A stretch of DNA of 64,000 nucleotides from an uncultured candidate division Zixibacteria bacterium (GCA_963806185.1 CAWDXE010000007.1:544001-608000), one strand, 5' to 3'. Counted from the stretch's first letter, positions 10,004 through 20,757 are shown. Notes: generated by a model not told the origin, from the sequence alone. Numbers and translations are program-made.

Positions 10004-10011
10004 GATCAGAC

Positions 10012-10135
10012 AAATTCTTCGGGGCGAGGTGAAATTCCTCGATCGGCGGTACAGCCCGCGACTCGGCAGAAATGGCCGACTGAGCCTGGGAAGTTCAGGC
10101 GCCGACGGTAATAGTCCGGATGGGAGAAGATATCG
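10012..10135 (+). ncRNA. FMN riboswitch (RFN element)
   Basis: TTCGGGGCGAGGTGAAATTCC...GGCGGTACAGCCCGCGA...GCCGACGGTAATAGTCCGGATGGGAGAAGA consensus, upstream of ribD. Confidence 0.96.
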
Positions 10136-10166
10136 ACGCGCCGGTCGTGGTGTGTCGGCTTGCCAT

Positions 10167-10193
10167 ACCCCGAGGAACGTCCGGGGTTTTTTT
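10167..10193 (+). terminator. Riboswitch expression-platform terminator
   Basis: ACCCCG...CGGGGT stem followed by a T7 run. Confidence 0.8.
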
Positions 10194-11303
10194 ATGGCGA
10201 CCTCTGTGGACAAAGTATACATGAAACGAGCGCTCGACCTCGCTGCGCGAGGCCGCGGAATGACATCGCCTAATCCGATGGTGGGCGCGGTCGTAGTGCG
10301 GCATGGGCGGATTGTCGGGGAGGGGTATCACCACGGTACGGGCAAACCGCACGCGGAGATTCTTGCTCTGAAGCAGGCGGGGGAGAGGGCCAAAGGCGCC
10401 ACGATTTATGTGACGCTGGAGCCATGCTGCCACACCGGTCGAACCGGTCCGTGCACGGAGGCCTTGATTGCGGCAGGTATCGCGCGGGTTGTCTACGCCA
10501 CAAAAGACCCTGATCCTCGGGTGAATGGGCGCGGCGCCGCCCGACTCCGTCGCGCAGAAATAGTCACCTCTGGCGGCATCCTGTCGAGTGAAGCCCAAGA
10601 TCTCAATGAGTATTATTTCACGTACCACAAATATGGCCGACCGTTTGTCATTCTAAAACTGGCGCAATCGCTCGACGGACGAATTGCCACGTCGACCGGC
10701 GATTCGAAATGGATCTCCGGGCCGGAATCCCGTGAGTGTGTTCACCGGCTCAGGGCCGAGGTTGACGCTGTGGTGGTTGGCATGGGGACGGTGCGGCAGG
10801 ACAATCCCGCGTTGACGGTGCGACTGGTCCGTGGTGGTAACCCGCACCGGATAGTGCTCACCAATTCGCACAAGTTTCCTCCGAGGAGCAAACTGCTGAG
10901 TCAGGCAGGCGACGGCCGGACCATCATTGCCTCGTCACGGGAGAGCAACGAGCGCTTTGCCCGGCGCAATCGAAACCGTGATCTGATTTATTGGGACGTG
11001 AGGATGAGTGAAGAGGGGCAGGTTGATCTCAAAGTTTTGTTGAAGCGAGCGGGGCAATTCGGATTCCGATCGATGCTGGTGGAAGGTGGGGCGGAGGTGG
11101 CAACGCAGTTCTTGAAGCAGCGTCTGGTCGACAAAGTGTTGTTCTTCACGGCGCCGATGGTAATTGGTGCCGGTAGGGACGCGATTGGTGAGCTGGGTGT
11201 GCGGCGGATTGCAGAGGCGATGACATTTGAGAGGAGCCGTTTCGAAAAGCTGGGCAACGACAATCTGTTTGTTGGTTATCCCGCGAAACGAACGGGCATC
11301 TGA
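10194..11303 (+). CDS. ribD: Riboflavin biosynthesis deaminase/reductase
   Basis: PNPMVGAV, HAE, TLEPCCH, SLDGRIA and VEGG motifs; start 10194, alternatively 10221. Confidence 0.96.
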   Translation: MATSVDKVYMKRALDLAARGRGMTSPNPMVGAVVVRHGRIVGEGYHHGTGKPHAEILALKQAGERAKGATIYVTLEPCCHTGRTGPCTEALIAAGIARVVYATKDPDPRVNGRGAARLRRAEIVTSGGILSSEAQDLNEYYFTYHKYGRPFVILKLAQSLDGRIATSTGDSKWISGPESRECVHRLRAEVDAVVVGMGTVRQDNPALTVRLVRGGNPHRIVLTNSHKFPPRSKLLSQAGDGRTIIASSRESNERFARRNRNRDLIYWDVRMSEEGQVDLKVLLKRAGQFGFRSMLVEGGAEVATQFLKQRLVDKVLFFTAPMVIGAGRDAIGELGVRRIAEAMTFERSRFEKLGNDNLFVGYPAKRTGI

Positions 11304-11935
11304 TGTTCACAGGATTGATAGAAACTGTCGGTACACTGGTCGAGTCCGGTGCGCGGAGCAATTACCGGGTGTTGACCATTGAAGCGCCGGCATTCGAGAA
11401 GGTGGCGCTCGGGGAGTCAATTGCCTGTGACGGCGCGTGCCTGACCGTGACGGCGGTGGCCGGAACCAGGTTCACGGTGGAGGCCTCGCAGGAGACGGCG
11501 AAGCGAACGACACTCGGCGGATACAAGCTGCGCGACCGGATTAATCTGGAGCGGTCGCTCCGGGTGGGTGACCGGATGGGGGGGCATTTCGTCACCGGGC
11601 ATGTCGACGACCGGGGGGCTGTCGATTATCTCCGACCAATTGGGGGATCGCTGGAACTGGCGGTGAATTTTGACCCTGCTTATGATAGGCTGGTAGTTGA
11701 AAAGGGTTCGGTGGCAATCAACGGCGTATCGCTCACCATCAATGCGGTGCGCGCCGGATGGCTCAGCGTGAATCTGATTCCCCACACAGCCAAAGAGACC
11801 ACGCTGGGAGCATTGACTTCGGGACAGCAGGTCAATCTGGAATTTGATTTGATAGGCAAGTACATCGCACGATATACCGGTCACGGCGCCCAGGCCGGCG
11901 TGACCGCGGAGATGTTGTTGAAGAACGGATGGTGA
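11303..11935 (+). CDS. ribE: Riboflavin synthase (alpha chain)
   Basis: MFTGLIE N-terminus; [10 protein letters not shown] and [12 protein letters not shown]. Confidence 0.96.
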   Translation: MFTGLIETVGTLVESGARSNYRVLTIEAPAFEKVALGESIACDGACLTVTAVAGTRFTVEASQETAKRTTLGGYKLRDRINLERSLRVGDRMGGHFVTGHVDDRGAVDYLRPIGGSLELAVNFDPAYDRLVVEKGSVAINGVSLTINAVRAGWLSVNLIPHTAKETTLGALTSGQQVNLEFDLIGKYIARYTGHGAQAGVTAEMLLKNGW

Positions 11936-11937
11936 TC

Positions 11938-13158
11938 ATGCACGACGAGATCATAAAGTACAACACTATTGAAGAGGGCATAGCGGACATTCGCGACGGG
12001 AAGTTCGTGATAGTCGTGGACGATGAGGATCGTGAGAACGAAGGCGACTTCCTCATGGCGGCAGAGAAAATCACGCCGGAGACGGTGAACTTCTTTGCCA
12101 TGCACGGCCGGGGGCTAATCTGCGTGGCGATCACGGATGAACGCATGGAGGCGCTGCGACTGCGACAGATGGTAGAGCAGAGCACGGCCAAGTTGGGAAC
12201 GGCATTCACGGTTTCGGTGGATGCGATCGAGGGAACGACCACCGGCATATCGGCGTATGATCGTGCTCTCACCATCAAGCTTCTGGCGGACGATCGTACC
12301 CGGCCGGAGGAGCTGGCCCGGCCGGGTCATGTCTTTCCACTGCGGGCGGCCAAAGGGGGCGTGTTGACGCGGGCCGGGCATACGGAGGGGGCAGTTGACC
12401 TGGCGCGGCTGGCCGGCTGCAAACCCGCGGGCGTACTTTGTGAGATCATGTCACCTGACGGCAGTATGGCGCGGGCGCCGGAGTTGTACCAGGCGGCAAA
12501 AACATACGGCGTCAAACTCATAACCATTCGTGATCTGATCGCCTACCGGCACCGGACGGAATTACTGGTGAAGAAAATGGCGGCTGTCGACTTCCCGACT
12601 CGATACGGCGATTTCACCCTGCACATGTATCATTCGGAAGTCGACGACCACCACCATCTGGCGATTGTCAAGGGAGATATCAAGGAGCAGAAGAATGTCC
12701 TGGTGCGGGTGCATTCGAGCTGCCTGACCGGCGACGTGCTCGGATCGTGCCGTTGCGACTGCGGGACGCAGTTGCACAGCGCGCTTCGACAGATCGAAGC
12801 GGAGGGGAAGGGAGTAGTCCTGTACATGCGCCAGGAGGGGAGAGGCATTGGCCTGGCCAACAAGATCCTGGCCTATGAATTACAGGACAACGGCCACGAT
12901 ACGGTGGAGGCGAACGAAAAGCTGGGATTTCGGGCCGACCTGCGCGATTACGGGATCGGTGCTCAGATCCTGGTCGATTTGGGACTTTCGTCCATCCGGC
13001 TGTTGACGAACAATCCGAAAAAGGTTATTGGTCTCCAGGGGTATGGACTTGAAATCGTGGAACGAGTGCCGATTCAGGTGGAGCCGACAAAACATAACGC
13101 TCGGTATTTGGAGACAAAGCGAGATAAGCTCGGGCATTTGCTCGATTTTACGAAATAG
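11938..13158 (+). CDS. ribBA: DHBP synthase / GTP cyclohydrolase II
   Basis: [30 protein letters not shown] and QEGRGIGL motifs; start 11929 or 11938. Confidence 0.97.
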   Translation: MHDEIIKYNTIEEGIADIRDGKFVIVVDDEDRENEGDFLMAAEKITPETVNFFAMHGRGLICVAITDERMEALRLRQMVEQSTAKLGTAFTVSVDAIEGTTTGISAYDRALTIKLLADDRTRPEELARPGHVFPLRAAKGGVLTRAGHTEGAVDLARLAGCKPAGVLCEIMSPDGSMARAPELYQAAKTYGVKLITIRDLIAYRHRTELLVKKMAAVDFPTRYGDFTLHMYHSEVDDHHHLAIVKGDIKEQKNVLVRVHSSCLTGDVLGSCRCDCGTQLHSALRQIEAEGKGVVLYMRQEGRGIGLANKILAYELQDNGHDTVEANEKLGFRADLRDYGIGAQILVDLGLSSIRLLTNNPKKVIGLQGYGLEIVERVPIQVEPTKHNARYLETKRDKLGHLLDFTK

Positions 13159-13170
13159 GAAGAGGCAGGA

Positions 13171-13635
13171 ATGAATATCCTTGAGGGAAAACTGAATGCC
13201 ACCGGGCTGAAGTGTGCTCTGGTGGTCAGTCGTTTCAACAACTTCTTCACCGACAAACTTCGCGACGGGGCGCTGGATTGTCTGGTGCGGCACGGCGGCC
13301 TTGAAGCTGACCAGACGGTTGTGTACGTGACCGGATCATTTGAAATTCCGGCGGTAGCCGCGCGGCTGGCGAAGGCAGGGCGGTACGACGCCGTTATCTG
13401 CCTCGGCGCTGTAGTCCGGGGCGATACGCCGCATTTTGATTTTGTGGCCGGCGAGAGTGCCAAGGGAGTTGCCGCGCTGGCGATGCAGGCGCAGATTCCG
13501 GTGGTCTACGGCGTGATCACGACGGACAATCTGGAGCAGGCGATTGAGCGGTCCGGCACCAAGGGGGGAAACAAGGGATGGGATGCCGCCATGACGGCGA
13601 TCGAGATGGTCAGTCTTTACCGGGCGATAGGGTAG
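13171..13635 (+). CDS. ribH: Lumazine synthase
   Basis: VVSRFN, GSFEIP, GDTPHFD and NKGWDAA motifs. Confidence 0.97.
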   Translation: MNILEGKLNATGLKCALVVSRFNNFFTDKLRDGALDCLVRHGGLEADQTVVYVTGSFEIPAVAARLAKAGRYDAVICLGAVVRGDTPHFDFVAGESAKGVAALAMQAQIPVVYGVITTDNLEQAIERSGTKGGNKGWDAAMTAIEMVSLYRAIG

Positions 13636-13639
13636 ATCG

Positions 13640-14068
13640 ATGATAGAACTACAACGTCGGCATGCCCGCGAGCTGGTGCTCAAGGCGCTATATGCAAATG
13701 AAACCGGTGAGGTCGCCGAGAGTGATGCTTTGCGGACCATCATCACGGACCCGGAGTTGGCTTCGAAAGCACAGGAATTCGCCATCAACCTGTTCAAGGC
13801 GACGCGAAAATACCGCCTTCAAGCGGACACGGCAATCAGCAACCTGGCAACCAACTGGTCGCTGGAGCGGATTGCCGAACTGGACAAGCACATCATGCGG
13901 ATGGCGATGGTTGAGCTGACGGTGATGCCGGACGTGCCGGCCAAAGTGGTCCTGAACGAGGCAATCGAGTTGGCCAAGACCTATTCGACGGCGGAATCAT
14001 CGTCCTTTATTAACGGAATTCTCGACCAGTTCCTGAAGAAAGTGGAGCGGCTGGCCGAGCCGGTCTGA
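13640..14068 (+). CDS. nusB: Transcription antitermination factor NusB
   Basis: RRHARE, WSLERI, NEAIELAK and FINGILD motifs; follows ribH. Confidence 0.95.
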   Translation: MIELQRRHARELVLKALYANETGEVAESDALRTIITDPELASKAQEFAINLFKATRKYRLQADTAISNLATNWSLERIAELDKHIMRMAMVELTVMPDVPAKVVLNEAIELAKTYSTAESSSFINGILDQFLKKVERLAEPV

Positions 14069-14173
14069 GCCGGACTTCGGAAAACAGAACTGGACTTAGT
14101 TCGGCCAAAAGGGTATTTTGCCGACCGTTGCCGCGTATAAGATTGCGGCGCGCAGTGGATTGCTCCTTTTGGG

Positions 14174-17137
14174 ATGAAGCTCTATTTTGGCGACAGATTT
14201 GACCGCACCAATGCCCTGGTAGCCACGGGCGTTTGGTTGTTTATTCTGGTCATTTTTACCCTTACCAAAGCCCCGACCGTTTCATTTTGGGATTGCGGAG
14301 AGTTCATCGCCGCGGCCAACATTCTCGGGGTGCCGCACCCGCCGGGGACGCCGTTATACGTGATGGTATCGCGGCTGTTTATCCTCAATCCGTTTATTGC
14401 CGACATGGGCGCGCGGATCAACTGGCTTTCCTCCCTCACATCGTCGCTGGCCGCCCTTTTCGGGTATCTTGCAGCAGTGCGGATTCTTCGGCCGTGGCTC
14501 GGCAATCCGAGCGACACGTATGGCCGTTTTATCATGTACGCCGGGTCGGCGGCGGGGGCAATGTTCCTCGCGTTTAATCTGACGCAGTGGTCAAATTCGA
14601 TCGAAGCGGAAGTCTATGGCTTCTCGATGACGATCCTCGGAGCGATTTTCTGGCTGTCGTTGGTCTATCACCAGCTGCCCGAAACGCGCACAGCGTATCG
14701 GATCATGTTGCTCATCGTATATCTGGCCTTTCTGGGAATCGGCGTTCACATGACAACGTTTCTCATTTTCCCGGTAGCAGCGCTCTTCTTCGTTCTCAAG
14801 AAGGGATCGCCCGTCAAGGTCTGGTTCCTGATGGCGACCTTTGCCTTTCTCGAGTTGTATTACATTTTCGGCTTGTCGTCTCGCCCGGGAGAGATCCCGG
14901 CCTACTTCCCGGCCCTGGTGGCGCTGGTGTTGTTTCTGTTCTATGCTCTGTCTGCGGAGCGGGTGTCGACCGTCATGCTGGGGCTGGCGGGCGCTCTGGC
15001 CCTAGCGGCCAGTCCGATTCTATCGGCCATCCTGCCTGAGCAACAGGTTCTGTTTACGGTGCTTTCCTACGCCGGCCTCGTCATATGCAACGGACTCGCG
15101 ATCTGGTTCGTGATTTTGCACGTGAGGTCGCGTCGGATCGGCGAATCGACTGGTGACCACTTTATCATACCGGCGTTGTTTGTGCTGGTGGTCGACTTGC
15201 TGATGCTGATGCACCTGAGTCACCTGCACGGATACCGAGCGTTCCTGATCGTCACAGTGATTTTCGGACTGCTCATCGGGCTGTTGATCCGGCGGCACAT
15301 CAACTGGCCGGTCTTGATCGTCATCGCGGGCACGTCGCTGGTTATCATCGGCGTGTGGCAATTCGTGTACGGAACGCTGGCCGTTATTGTGGTCGCTCTG
15401 GCCCTTTGGGGTATTACCCGCAACGTTGCATGGGCGGCCGCGGCCCTTATTGCGATCGCGGCGATGGCCGGGTACTCAAATCATCTGTACATCCCGATCC
15501 GGTCGGACCAGAATCCATATATCAACGAAAATAGTCCGGGGCAGAGTGTGGCGGCGACCGTTGGCTACCTGGAACGAAAGCAATACGGTTCGGAATCGAT
15601 GGTCGAGCGAATGTTTGATCGTCGCGCCGAGTGGACGAACCAGTTCGGGATGCATCGCCGCATGGGGCTTTGGGGCTTCTTTCACCAGGAGTATGGTGTG
15701 CCTGGCGGCCGCTTTGCGGTCGTCCTTTTACTTGGGCTGGTTGGCGTGTGGGAGGCAATCCGGCGAAAGCCGGAGACCGGCCTGTTTCTGGCGTTGCTGA
15801 TCATCATTGGGTCTGTCGGACTGGTCTTGTACATGAATTTTGCCGACGGCACAAGGTACAATCCGTCGGCCGGCGGGAACGACTACCTGGAGGTCCGCGA
15901 CCGGGATTATTTCTTCACCCCGGCGTTTATGTATTTCGGACTGGCCATCGGCATCGGGATGACGATGCTCATATACTTGATTCGTCAGGGAATTGCGAAG
16001 TTCCATGCGGCGCCGCGACGAATCATACTGGCGGCCGTTTGCGTGTTGTTTCTGCTGCCGGGAGTAACTATCGCCGCCAATTGGACTTTGTCGGACCGCT
16101 CCAATAATTATATACCGTACGATTATGCGTGGAATCTGCTGCAGTCGGCTGATCCAAATGCCGTGCTTTTCACGGCCGGCGACAACGACACATTCCCTCT
16201 GTGGGCGCTGCAGGAAGCGTACGGCATACGCAAGGACGTTCGCATAGTCAACCTGTCGCTTGGAAACACCAAGTGGTACATCAAACAGGTGCGCGACTAT
16301 ATGGGACTGGACCTGAAAATGTCGGACGATGAGATAGACAAGATGGTGCCGTACCGGTATCCCGATGGGCGCACGTTCCGGATTCAGGATCAGTTAATCG
16401 ATGCGATCATCACCAACAATGCCGCGAGCGTGCCGATTAATTTCTCGATCACGGTTGATGCAGCCTCGCGGCGATATCTCGGAACACAGCTTGACTCAAT
16501 GATGATACTCCGTGGTGCGGCGTTCCGTTTGCGCGACCGCAAGGGGCCGGCGATCGATATGGAAGCGACCGAGGACCTGTTGACCAACACGTTCCGCTTC
16601 CGGGGTCTGAATGATCCTGCGGTCTACAAGGACGAGGCGACGTTGCGGACGTTGACCAACATCCCGCAGATCTTTCTGGCCGTGGCGGACAGCTTGCTGG
16701 GCGCGGGCGAGAAGGAGAAGTCGCTGGAGTTCACCAGGAGAGCGGTCGATTTGATGCCCTTTTCCACTGATGCGGTCAATGCGCTCACGGCTCGATACGC
16801 GGATGCGGTGATGATCCCTGAACTGAAGGGGCTGTTGGGTCGGTCGTATATCGACGAAAAGCGAGTGAACGTCGCAATTGCCCGCGCTTATCGGAAAACA
16901 GGGCAAACGGCCGAAGCGGAGGCGCTACTCAAGAATGTACTGGCGGCGAATCCAACGTATCGGCAGGCGCTGGATGAACTGATGCGAATATACGTCCAGA
17001 GTGACAATACTTCGGCATTCAAGGAAACGCTCCGTAACTGGATTTCCGCAAATCCCACGGATAATCAGATGATCCAGTTGTTTAGACAACTTGAAGATGC
17101 CGAGCGCCAGGCCCGAGACAGCGGGAAGTCGAAATGA
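14174..17137 (+). CDS. DUF2723 (TMEM260-like) GT-C-type membrane glycosyltransferase with C-terminal TPR-like helices
   Basis: PTVSFWDCGEFI, GVPHPPGTPLY, EAEVY, RDRDYFF and GDNDTFPLW motifs; many TMs. Confidence 0.85.
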   Translation: MKLYFGDRFDRTNALVATGVWLFILVIFTLTKAPTVSFWDCGEFIAAANILGVPHPPGTPLYVMVSRLFILNPFIADMGARINWLSSLTSSLAALFGYLAAVRILRPWLGNPSDTYGRFIMYAGSAAGAMFLAFNLTQWSNSIEAEVYGFSMTILGAIFWLSLVYHQLPETRTAYRIMLLIVYLAFLGIGVHMTTFLIFPVAALFFVLKKGSPVKVWFLMATFAFLELYYIFGLSSRPGEIPAYFPALVALVLFLFYALSAERVSTVMLGLAGALALAASPILSAILPEQQVLFTVLSYAGLVICNGLAIWFVILHVRSRRIGESTGDHFIIPALFVLVVDLLMLMHLSHLHGYRAFLIVTVIFGLLIGLLIRRHINWPVLIVIAGTSLVIIGVWQFVYGTLAVIVVALALWGITRNVAWAAAALIAIAAMAGYSNHLYIPIRSDQNPYINENSPGQSVAATVGYLERKQYGSESMVERMFDRRAEWTNQFGMHRRMGLWGFFHQEYGVPGGRFAVVLLLGLVGVWEAIRRKPETGLFLALLIIIGSVGLVLYMNFADGTRYNPSAGGNDYLEVRDRDYFFTPAFMYFGLAIGIGMTMLIYLIRQGIAKFHAAPRRIILAAVCVLFLLPGVTIAANWTLSDRSNNYIPYDYAWNLLQSADPNAVLFTAGDNDTFPLWALQEAYGIRKDVRIVNLSLGNTKWYIKQVRDYMGLDLKMSDDEIDKMVPYRYPDGRTFRIQDQLIDAIITNNAASVPINFSITVDAASRRYLGTQLDSMMILRGAAFRLRDRKGPAIDMEATEDLLTNTFRFRGLNDPAVYKDEATLRTLTNIPQIFLAVADSLLGAGEKEKSLEFTRRAVDLMPFSTDAVNALTARYADAVMIPELKGLLGRSYIDEKRVNVAIARAYRKTGQTAEAEALLKNVLAANPTYRQALDELMRIYVQSDNTSAFKETLRNWISANPTDNQMIQLFRQLEDAERQARDSGKSK

Positions 17138-18250
17138 ACATCCTGGCCCTGAACTGGAACGACCTGGAGAATCCGTATGGCGGCGGAGCAGAGGTACACC
17201 TGGAAGAACTGCTGCGGCGGCTCGTGACTTAGCGGTCACACGGTCACGCTTTTCTGTTCCGGGTGGCCGGGGTGTGCGCCGGAAGAGGTCATCGAAGGAG
17301 TTCGCATCATTCGCCGGGGCGCGCGTTCGACCTTCAATCTGGTCACGCCACTGCACCTGCCGGGGATAGTCAAGTCCGGGAACTTTGATCTGCTGATCGA
17401 GGACATCAATAAGATTCCATTTTACACGCCGTTGTATGTGAAGATCAGGACGCTGGTGGTGGTTCCGCACCTGTTTGCCTCGACGGTGTTTCAGGAGATC
17501 AACCCGATAGTCGGCTCGTATATCTACCTGGCGGAAAAGCCGCTCGTGCCGGTGTATCGCGGTCGGATGTTTAATGTGATCTCGGAATCGACGGCGCAGG
17601 ATATCATCGCCCGGGGAATTCCACGGGAGGACATGTCAGTCATTCACTGCGGTATTGACCGCACGGTGTATTTTCCTGACCCCAAGGTCGCCAAGTACGA
17701 TCGGCCGACCATTCTGTACCTCGGCCGGATAAAGAAATACAAATCAGTGCAGCACTTGCTGGTGGCGTTTGCGAAAATCAAACGGAGTGTGCCGGACGCC
17801 CGGCTGATGGTAGTGGGGGCAGGGGATTACCTGCCGGAATTGCAGAAGCTGGCGGCGGCATTGGAGTTCGGCAGTAATGTCGAATTTCCGGGTTTTGTAT
17901 CACAGGACGATAAGGTAGACCGGATGCGCCGATCCCACGTCAGTGTGCTGCCGTCGATCCGTGAAGGGTGGGGGTTGACTAATATCGAAGCCAATGCGGT
18001 GGGCACGGCGGTGATCGCGGCCAATTCGCCCGGACTTCGAGATTCCGTCGTCGACGGCGAGACCGGTTTTCTTTATGAGTACGGTAATACCGATCAACTG
18101 GCGGAACGTTTATTGCGCGTGCTGACCGACCAGGCGTTGCGTGAATCACTGGAGCGGGGGGGGCTGAAGTGGGCGGCGCGATTTGACTGGGATATCGCCG
18201 CGAAGGCGTTTGAGAAGTTGTTATTTGACGTCATGAAGCGAGCGAAATGA
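17134..18250 (+). CDS. Glycosyltransferase family 4 (one +1 frameshift near 17230)
   Basis: MNILALNWNDLENPYGGGAEVHL from ATG 17134 continues after one extra base as GHTVTLFCSG into ORF 17432-18250 (YLGRIKKYK, PSIREGWGLTNIEANAVG). Confidence 0.88.
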
Positions 18251-19266
18251 TAACGAGTCAGAAGAAGCGGCTGTACGTAGCGTTTGGCATACTGGTATCG
18301 GTGGTGCTGATCTGGGTGTTGTTCCGCAACATTGATGTCGTGGAACTGGTACGCGTCCTCAAGGGAGCGAATTATTGGTGGCTCTTGCCCAATATAGCGA
18401 TGGCCATGTTTGCCATGTACCAGCGAGCGTATCGCTGGCAGGCGATGATGGCGCCCATCAAGAAAGTCGCGTACAAGAACCTCCTGGCGGCAACCTGTGT
18501 CGGTTTTATGGCGAACAATGTGCTGCCGCTGAGGTTGGGCGAATTTGTTCGCGCCTACTCGCTCGCTTATCAGGACAAGGGGGTGACCAAGTCGGCCTCG
18601 CTGGCGACGATATTTGTTGAGCGGATGGTGCTGGACTTGGTGGCCCTCCTGCTGATTTTTGGCGCTGTGCTCGGGCTGAGCCATAAGACCCTGCCCGAGT
18701 CGATCGTAGTGGGAACTTTCATTTGCATCGGCATTGCCTTGGTTGGTCTGGGGCTCATGTTAACACTGGCGCTCCGGCCGCAGCAATCGGGCAACATGCT
18801 GGCCAAGTGGCTGTTTTTCGCACCGGATACCGCCAAGGAGTCCGTTCGGAGTATCATCCTGAAATTTTCCAGAGGGCTGGAGTTCATGACCAAACCAGGC
18901 CTTCTGACGTGGGTGCTGGTGCAAACAATCGTCCTCTGGATATTCATGGGGGTATCGAACTACTTCGTATTCCTCGCTTTTGGTTTCGACCTGCCCCTGT
19001 GGGCGTCCTTTGTTCTGCTGGTTGTGGTATCCATATCGATCCTGATTCCGTCGTCTCCGGGCTTTATTGGAGTGTACCATGCCGGTACGGTGCTGACCCT
19101 TCAACTCTACGCCGTGCCTGACGTCGACGCCCGGGCTTTTTCACTCGTGCTTCACGCCGCGCAGTTCATCCCTATCACCCTGATGGGATTCTACTTCCTG
19201 AGGAAAGAACACCTGTCGCTCAAGAATCTGGAAGACAGCGCGGTCGAAGGCATCGGGTCGAACTGA
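18247..19266 (+). CDS. UPF0104 / lysylphosphatidylglycerol synthase TM-region (flippase-like) protein
   Basis: RAYRW, NNVLPLRLGEFVR, TIFVER and IPSSPGFIGVYH motifs. Confidence 0.88.
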   Translation: MITSQKKRLYVAFGILVSVVLIWVLFRNIDVVELVRVLKGANYWWLLPNIAMAMFAMYQRAYRWQAMMAPIKKVAYKNLLAATCVGFMANNVLPLRLGEFVRAYSLAYQDKGVTKSASLATIFVERMVLDLVALLLIFGAVLGLSHKTLPESIVVGTFICIGIALVGLGLMLTLALRPQQSGNMLAKWLFFAPDTAKESVRSIILKFSRGLEFMTKPGLLTWVLVQTIVLWIFMGVSNYFVFLAFGFDLPLWASFVLLVVVSISILIPSSPGFIGVYHAGTVLTLQLYAVPDVDARAFSLVLHAAQFIPITLMGFYFLRKEHLSLKNLEDSAVEGIGSN

Positions 19267-19326
19267 CATTCTCATCCCAAAAAGTTCAAACTTGACTGCC
19301 GTGAGCCGCAAGTCTACCGTAATGGC

Positions 19327-19860
19327 ATGATGCGTGTATTGGGAGCAGTCTGTCTGGCCCTGGTAGTAATCGGGGTCATTTATCTCAGTCAATCGCGAAG
19401 CAAGGATCGCCAGACGCAGGCCTTCAGCGAGGGTCTGAAGAAGGGATCAGTCGAGGTTTCCGCGCAGAAAAAACACGCCGACTCGCTGGCCGCCCGATAT
19501 CAGGAAGAACGGCAGATGTGGCGCGACTCTGTGGCGCTCGTCCGCGCTCAATCGGATACCGTTATCGATTCGCTCACCCAACGAGTGGAGCAACAGAGCG
19601 ACCAGATCCAGAAGTACGCCGCTGAATTGAAGAAGCGGCCCAAGACAAAATCGCTGGCCAAGTCTCCAACTACTCAGACCAACCGCCACAAGGAAATCTT
19701 GTCGTACTACAAGAATCGGTACGAGACGCTGCCGAAAGATCTTTCGGAATACGAAATGCGCGTCGCGCTGACGGAGATTCGTGAGGAAACGGCCACCAAA
19801 TTTGCTATTTCCGTGGCCGACCTGGAGACCATCCGCCGCAATAACGGCCTGACCTACTAA
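19327..19860 (+). CDS. Hypothetical membrane-anchored coiled-coil protein
   Basis: N-terminal TM and helical body; TTGACT-N17-TACCGT promoter upstream. Confidence 0.65.
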   Translation: MMRVLGAVCLALVVIGVIYLSQSRSKDRQTQAFSEGLKKGSVEVSAQKKHADSLAARYQEERQMWRDSVALVRAQSDTVIDSLTQRVEQQSDQIQKYAAELKKRPKTKSLAKSPTTQTNRHKEILSYYKNRYETLPKDLSEYEMRVALTEIREETATKFAISVADLETIRRNNGLTY

Positions 19861-19877
19861 GCACACGGACGCGTTGC

Positions 19878-20198
19878 ATGAAGCGACGTAAAGAGGAATT
19901 TGAATTTGCGGAGATTCCGGTCGACCGTCTGTTTCTGGAATCATTCGCCAATGAGCACTCCGCATACCATCAAGCCGGTCTTGCCGCGTCGGCCACGGAT
20001 CGTGTCGATCAAATTCGCCGCAAACTAATCTGGCACATTGCCCACTCTCTCTCCGATCGTCAGAAGCAGGTGATTCGATTTTACCTGATCGGGAAAAAGG
20101 AGAGGGAAATTGCCGAGATTTTAGGGGTGAGGCAGCAAGTGGTTCATACGTATAAGCATAGAGCAATCAAAAGGTTGCACGAATTGCTCACGAAGTAG
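19878..20198 (+). CDS. Small sigma70 region-4 / LuxR-type HTH protein
   Basis: LSDRQKQVI...EREIAEILGVRQQVVHTYKHRAIKRL. Confidence 0.8.
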   Translation: MKRRKEEFEFAEIPVDRLFLESFANEHSAYHQAGLAASATDRVDQIRRKLIWHIAHSLSDRQKQVIRFYLIGKKEREIAEILGVRQQVVHTYKHRAIKRLHELLTK

Positions 20199-20425
20199 GT
20201 GTATGTCAAAAAGCTAATATATAGGAAAGTGATGTGCCGTTTTTGCACAGACGGCTGGATCGAGAACCTTTAAACCGTCAGGTTGAGGAGGTGAAACCAG
20301 AGATAGTCGGCATCCCAAACCCTGCTTACTTCACCGGATCAAGGAAAAGATCGAACTGCCATGAGAAGTAAGGGTAACTAACAACTCCGCCTGGTGATCA
20401 AGAATGCAAGAAATGGGAGTTCGTT

Positions 20426-20599
20426 ATGCCCAAGAGAAAAGAAGCAGAGAAGTTCGCCGATCCAGGTCCAAAAGACTGTTACCAGTTGTATAGTCTTCAA
20501 GTTTTGGCGCCCAACAAATTTGCTGCCGTGGTGGCCAAGGTTCTTGACGGACGGTACATGTTGGTGAATACGAGACCGGGAGAGCGGCTGTCGGCTTGA
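20426..20599 (+). CDS. Small hypothetical protein (57 aa), absent from ORF track
   Basis: GGGAG RBS, ATG 20426, MPKRKEAEKFADPGPKDCYQLYSLQVLAPNKFAAVVAKVLDGRYMLVNTRPGERLSA*; terminator downstream. Confidence 0.55.
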   Translation: MPKRKEAEKFADPGPKDCYQLYSLQVLAPNKFAAVVAKVLDGRYMLVNTRPGERLSA

Positions 20600-20667
20600 G
20601 TCAGGATGAGTCCGGGGCTTGACAAGGGCGCGAGAGCAAGTTCGAGGTGAATCTCCTCGCAAAGTGT

Positions 20668-20700
20668 GGGTCTGTCGTTGGCGACAGGCCCTTTCTTATT
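20668..20700 (+). terminator. Intrinsic terminator
   Basis: GGGTCTGTCG-ttgg-CGACAGGCCC followed by TTTCTT. Confidence 0.7.
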
Positions 20701-20757
20701 GTGGTTCAGAGTTTTTCGCTTGACAGTGTGCTGCCCGGCCCGCTTGTTTGACCCGCC

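Noticed and set aside
9945..10193. N-terminal extension of RibD in the ORF track
   Set aside because: It overlaps the promoter, FMN riboswitch and terminator, so it is non-coding leader.
17230..17232. In-frame TAG in the GT4 gene as possible pyrrolysine or read-through
   Set aside because: The GT4-like sequence continues in the +1 frame, so this is a single-base insertion rather than stop recoding.
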